Positions 59,219-64,000 of a DNA stretch of 64,000 nucleotides are shown here, one piece after another. The notes below the pieces were generated by a model. It saw nothing but the letters and a program-made list of their open reading frames with translations, did not search any database and was not told where the DNA came from. The DNA comes from Camelus ferus (lineage: Eukaryota), in the NCBI RefSeq assembly GCF_009834535.1, contig NC_045721.1, forward strand, positions 14,446,001 to 14,510,000, read 5' to 3'. Positions within the stretch are counted from its first letter, which is position 1; the number at the start of each line of letters is the position of its first letter. The position numbers and the translations under genes are program-made.

Positions 59219-62200
59219 CTGCAAAAGGAATTAATATAGGTAGGAAAATATGTGACTTTGACTTTTATAATCACCACCATCTGGGTTCACAAACGACTAG
59301 ATAAGCCACAGAAATGCACTTAAGTTATGTTTACGTAAGGAAAGCACATGGATGAGAACGGGGATTACTCAAACATCTAGATGTCTGGAATCCATAAACA
59401 CAGACGATGGCCTGAGCTCTGACTTATGAAGATTTATAGGGGGCAGAGTACTGGGGGCATGCAACAGATTTACTAATTCAGAAACATGAAAATTGTGTGC
59501 AAAGTAATGTGGATCTCACAGTTGTTAACTTTCCAGGTAGACTGACACAGAAACCGGATGGTGACAGGTACCCTGACTCTATCTTCCAATCACAGAGGCT
59601 GAAAAGCCACACAAATGATTGGACTTTAAGTGCCTTTCCCTCTTCCTACACTTTTCCTACCAACTTCCCATCCTTTTCCTGCCGATGGCCTGGTCCTTAC
59701 AAACATTTATACTATGGGTGAGTCATTTCCTAATCTCTAACAGATCATCACACGTACACTGAAGATCTACTCACATTTCACCCCCGATCTCTAATTTCAT
59801 TGCTAAGAGCATGATACTCTTGACAATACTATTCTGTTTTCTATCAAACACAAGCTTTGTTGTTTCTTCCCCTCCTTAAAGCAACACGGCTTTAAAATTT
59901 TTTGTTGTTTTTGTTTTAAGCACATGCTGATACTCCTGATCTATCTAAGATGCCACGCTAAGTGACTATTCCCTTTCTATGTCGTTGGTGCCCTGGGAAT
60001 CACTCTGCTCTATATTAAATGGGAAAATGGTTCTGTTTTGGAACCATTCCAAATGTCTCAGTCACTTTAAATATCAACAGAATTGGAAAAACAGGAAACA
60101 AGCTGCTTAGCTTCTTGAAATAAGTAGGCTAAACAAGCAAAACAAATCTCGATCTGAAGGGGGGAAAAAAACTACAAGAAACTAAAAAAAATAAATGTTT
60201 CTTTATTCTCACAGGCATTCCCCATGGCATCCACATTCTGTGGTGACAAGCAAACCAAGGACAACTTTATAAACAGTAATTATTTTCTCTAATTTTTTAG
60301 GAGGAAGAAAATAGTGATTTCTTAAAGCAAAGGAAAGAGACCTCAGCATTTGCGTTCTAAGATACAATGGCAAAATACACTCAATACAGACCTCCTGTTA
60401 AAAAAAAAGGAAAAAGGCTCTCATCTTCTATGGTAGCTCTCCATGGTTAAACAACTCATATTTGTATTCAAACTTGATAATTTTCAGTTCTAAGATGGCT
60501 TAATGAAAGGAGAAACTGTTTCACAACAATCGCCACTTCCAAAGCAGACAGAGATAGTAACCAAGTTCACAGGCATAATATTAAAGTCCTGAAAGGAGAA
60601 TGGCTTTATAGTCATGTATTAATGAAAAATAATCTACCTATTTTACAATTTACCCAAATATCTGAGATTAGTATTCCTTTATGTCATTTTCTAAAATTTT
60701 AAATGTTCCCAGGAATTATATTTGTCAGAGGACATATCATAATGACACGGTGTTTTACTGTTTATAGTGTTTTCTCACTTCCCCTCTCTGCGACCCTCCC
60801 GGTCACCCTCGGTAGGGAAGGTGGGGCCCAGGGATGGGAAGAGGCTACAAAGTCTCTGGGACAGACTCAGAGTCAGAACCGAGGCTTTGTTTCCACCCAT
60901 CCGGAAACTGGAGATGGGGTGGGGATGTGGTAACTAACTATAAACTTTTATGCAATACGCTTAACAAAATGTTACTTTAATTTATCTAAGCCTCTTATCT
61001 GATAACTTCATTTCAATAAACCTATATATGGATAAATACCTACATTTTATATATTTTATATAACTTGTGTGCAAACAGAAGAGCAAAAACCATCTTAACT
61101 CTTTAACTCTATCTAGAATGTACTGCAGCATAAACAGATTTAAGGTGACCTTCCTGACTGATACCACTGTTACATGTCCTACCAATACTTACTGAAATCT
61201 GTATTCATTTATTCTTCGTTTCTCTGAGTTTACCATGTCTTTAATTCTTATCAACATTTCATTCTCTTTCTAGAATTTCTATGCAAATCAATTGGATTAT
61301 TTAGCCCAGTATCAGTTTTTAAACTGTAAGGTTCTAATTATTTACAAAATCTGAGAGACGAATCTTCTATACGAACATTTTTGGAGAAACCATCCTTTAA
61401 GATTCTTGCCTACTTAGCCTCTCAGATGAAATTTAGTATTAACTAGTCACATTCTGTAAGTTATTTCTAAGGCAATAAATTAAACATAAATTAACTTAGT
61501 AAACACTGTTTTTTACACTCAGGTTCAGAATATAGGTACTTTTCCTGTAACACCAAAAATTTTTCATCAAATTATCTCTGATGCCAAAGTTAGGCAGTAA
61601 CTAAGTATGTTTGGCTCCTCTGTAAACTAAATTTTTTCACTGTATTACCAAGACTTTTTGAACTTACAAGGCTATAGGAAAGTATCTGGTTAGTAATACT
61701 GTTTGGCTAAATTCCTTGATTACATGTATCTAATACACCCTCCTTTATATTTTATTTATCCATTTTTCTTATTGAATGGTTAATTCCATCTCTAACATTA
61801 TCTTAAAGATAGGGAGATAGCCTTTTTTTTTTTTTCTTGGTTTAAGGAGATTAACTCTAGTGTTTCTCAATTGGCAGAAAGTAGATTTTAAAATAACATA
61901 TTTACATAACGCTAAGAATCTTTCAAAACTTTTTTTTTAAGTGTTTAAAAATTAAGAGTTGAATTAGGGTTGCAGCTAAGTGTTGGGGTGTCACCTCCGT
62001 CTAACTGGAGAAGTCAGGGAGGGAAAGCTACTGCTTCAGTAAAACCCAGACTGTCCGTGCGCCGCTGCCTCTCCTCTCAAGCTTTCTTCATGGCTGGAGA
62101 ACTGGAATTTCAGGAGTGGGGCCCCCCACACATCAGTATGGGTTCCTGTGCGTCCAGCTATGAAAAGCCCAGACACCACACCCAGAACTCAAACACCGCT

Positions 62201-64000
62201 TGGCCTCAGGATGTAACAGAAGCCATCAGATCTGTACGTCAGGGTGCAGTTTTCAGTGCTACAGGTGGAGACTGTCCTCCAAACATTTAAAACAATTCTG
62301 ATGATGCCTGTCTGCACAGTGTCATAGACTCAAATTGCTCTTTAAGAACATAATACTTGGTGATACGCCTTCTCTAGCACACCCTAGCACACACTGTTGA
62401 ATTCATAGCTGGTAAGCAAAAATGTATTCTATTATGAATCCCACACGGGAATGAAATGACCCCTATAGAAGGGGTTCCGTTGCAAACTTGTCTGCAAAGA
62501 AAAGATTAAAAAAAAAAAAAATCCCAACTGTCCGTAAGTGGAGATCTGGTTAAATAAGTGTACACAGTGGGGTATCACGCTGAACATGGAGGCAGGAAGC
62601 TCTCTGCAGTGAACGGAGAAAGCACAGGGAAGGGCCATGTGGATGGCGTGTCCACTGTATATTAGAGCTTTCTTCTGCTTATAAATTCGTAACAAAATTA
62701 TCACATAATACGTATGGAAGTACTAACAATGTTTACCTTTTCAGAGAAGAGAACAAAAACCAGACAGATGTAAGGTGTTCTAATGCATTTTTAAATACTT
62801 TTTAACCACAGGGTAAATACATTACCTATTCAAAATTAAAATATAACATTTTTGCAATGTGGTTAAAGTGAATTCTGAGCACTTCAATCTTTGACACTTA
62901 GCCATCAAGCAAACATAGTCAATCCATGTTTCTTCCATGGGAAATCAAGACAGAAATCTAAGTAACACAGCTTCTGTTGTAAATACTCAAAACAGACTCA
63001 TACTTAAGGAGAAAAGAAAACATTGACATTATTTCTCTAAGAGTACATGTCTTAAATTTTAACCTAAGAGCAAATAAGCCAACAGACTGCCCTTTACCTA
63101 AAGCTAGAAGAGCAAGCTGTGACCTCAATCTTCCGCTCCATATACTGTGCTCCCCGAGGACAAACTGTACCACGTGGAGGCTGATGACCCAGTTTGAGCA
63201 TCCCTTCCTTTCTCCTCACTCCCAGCTCAACAGATCAGAGATGATGTAAAAAATCTCCAATGATGTTCAGAGCCCTAATGCTCACAAATAAACTACTTCA
63301 CAATGCAAAAAAAAAAAAGTTTCCCTTAAATCCTACAGGATTCATTATTTATAGGAAATTAGCTTCGTACAAACCCAGCTTTCCCTTATGTTCCTTTTAT
63401 TAACATGTTACCATTCTGATAATGCAGCTTTATTTAAAAGTGTCAAATACTCTGTTCCATTAACAGGACGTCTGATTTCCAAGAATCAATTTACTCACTA
63501 AACTTAAAATTAAATGTTAACTTGTACATAGGTTCCGATGCATGTGGACAAGATAATTGCCACTGTCAGGTCTGATCTGACCCTCCTGGGATTCATTCCA
63601 ATGACACTGGAACCTCCATCAGGAAAACAGAAGCCCTGAATCCATGACATCTGCTCACTTGAGAAACAGCTGGGTAACCCTGTTGGCCATCTTTGCTGTT
63701 TCTACTCAGAAACCTCAATTTAATAACATTTAAAACTAGCCTAATAAACTTATTTGTCATCTTAAAGAAAGTAGTTGGGGAAAGACTAGGCCCGTGTTTC
63801 AGGCTCAAGTCATGCAGGCACACAGACCCCCAGCTCAAGGCCAAACAGTTTTTGAAAGAGACACTTAACCATTCAGACAGGGACTCACCTATCAGCCGCT
63901 GAGGACACACCCATCCCAAGGCAAAACAAACCACTTACTGAATCTGTTCGAATATTATAATCAAGGAAGAGACAAGACCTAGAGAGTTTGCCTTGACTTA

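Noticed and set aside
565-63934. The great majority of ORFs in the six-frame track
   Set aside because: Short, many rely on non-ATG starts, low complexity or repeat-derived, with no recognisable domains or splice context; expected by chance in intronic DNA.
59219-64000. ATIP1-specific first exon (MLLSPKFSL...) or the small ATIP3 exon preceding VEK
   Set aside because: No match seen; presumably beyond the right edge of the window.

Overview
Mammalian genomic DNA, most likely a camelid (alpaca, llama or camel). The species is inferred from five copies of a tRNA-derived SINE of the camelid Vic-1 type, artiodactyl-type L1 tails, and no Alu, B1, Bov-tA or PRE-1 elements. The window holds the 3' parts of two convergent genes in the arrangement known from human 8p22. 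PDGFRL (+) contributes its last four coding exons (16430-24715); positions 1-16429 are intronic. MTUS1/ATIP (-) contributes nine common coding exons (59218 down to 27672) and a 3'UTR of about 2 kb ending about 0.6 kb from the PDGFRL poly(A) signals. All exon phases join into open frames. The most notable feature is an internal MTUS1 CpG-island promoter (about 51.7-52.2 kb). Its 54-nt coding first exon encodes MGCSGSKMCLYSPCAATR, a myristoylation/palmitoylation-type N-terminus spliced in frame to the ATIP coiled coil (346 aa predicted). Also noted: a GC-AG intron and a NAGNAG acceptor in MTUS1, an unexplained fold-back element with about 100-bp arms in the PDGFRL intron, a probable twin-primed inverted L1, a putative solo LTR, strong exon-scale GC3 mosaicism and a 175-N assembly gap. 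There are no prokaryotic systems or CRISPR arrays. Repeat family names and comparisons to human or mouse proteins come from my recollection of consensus sequences, not from a search.
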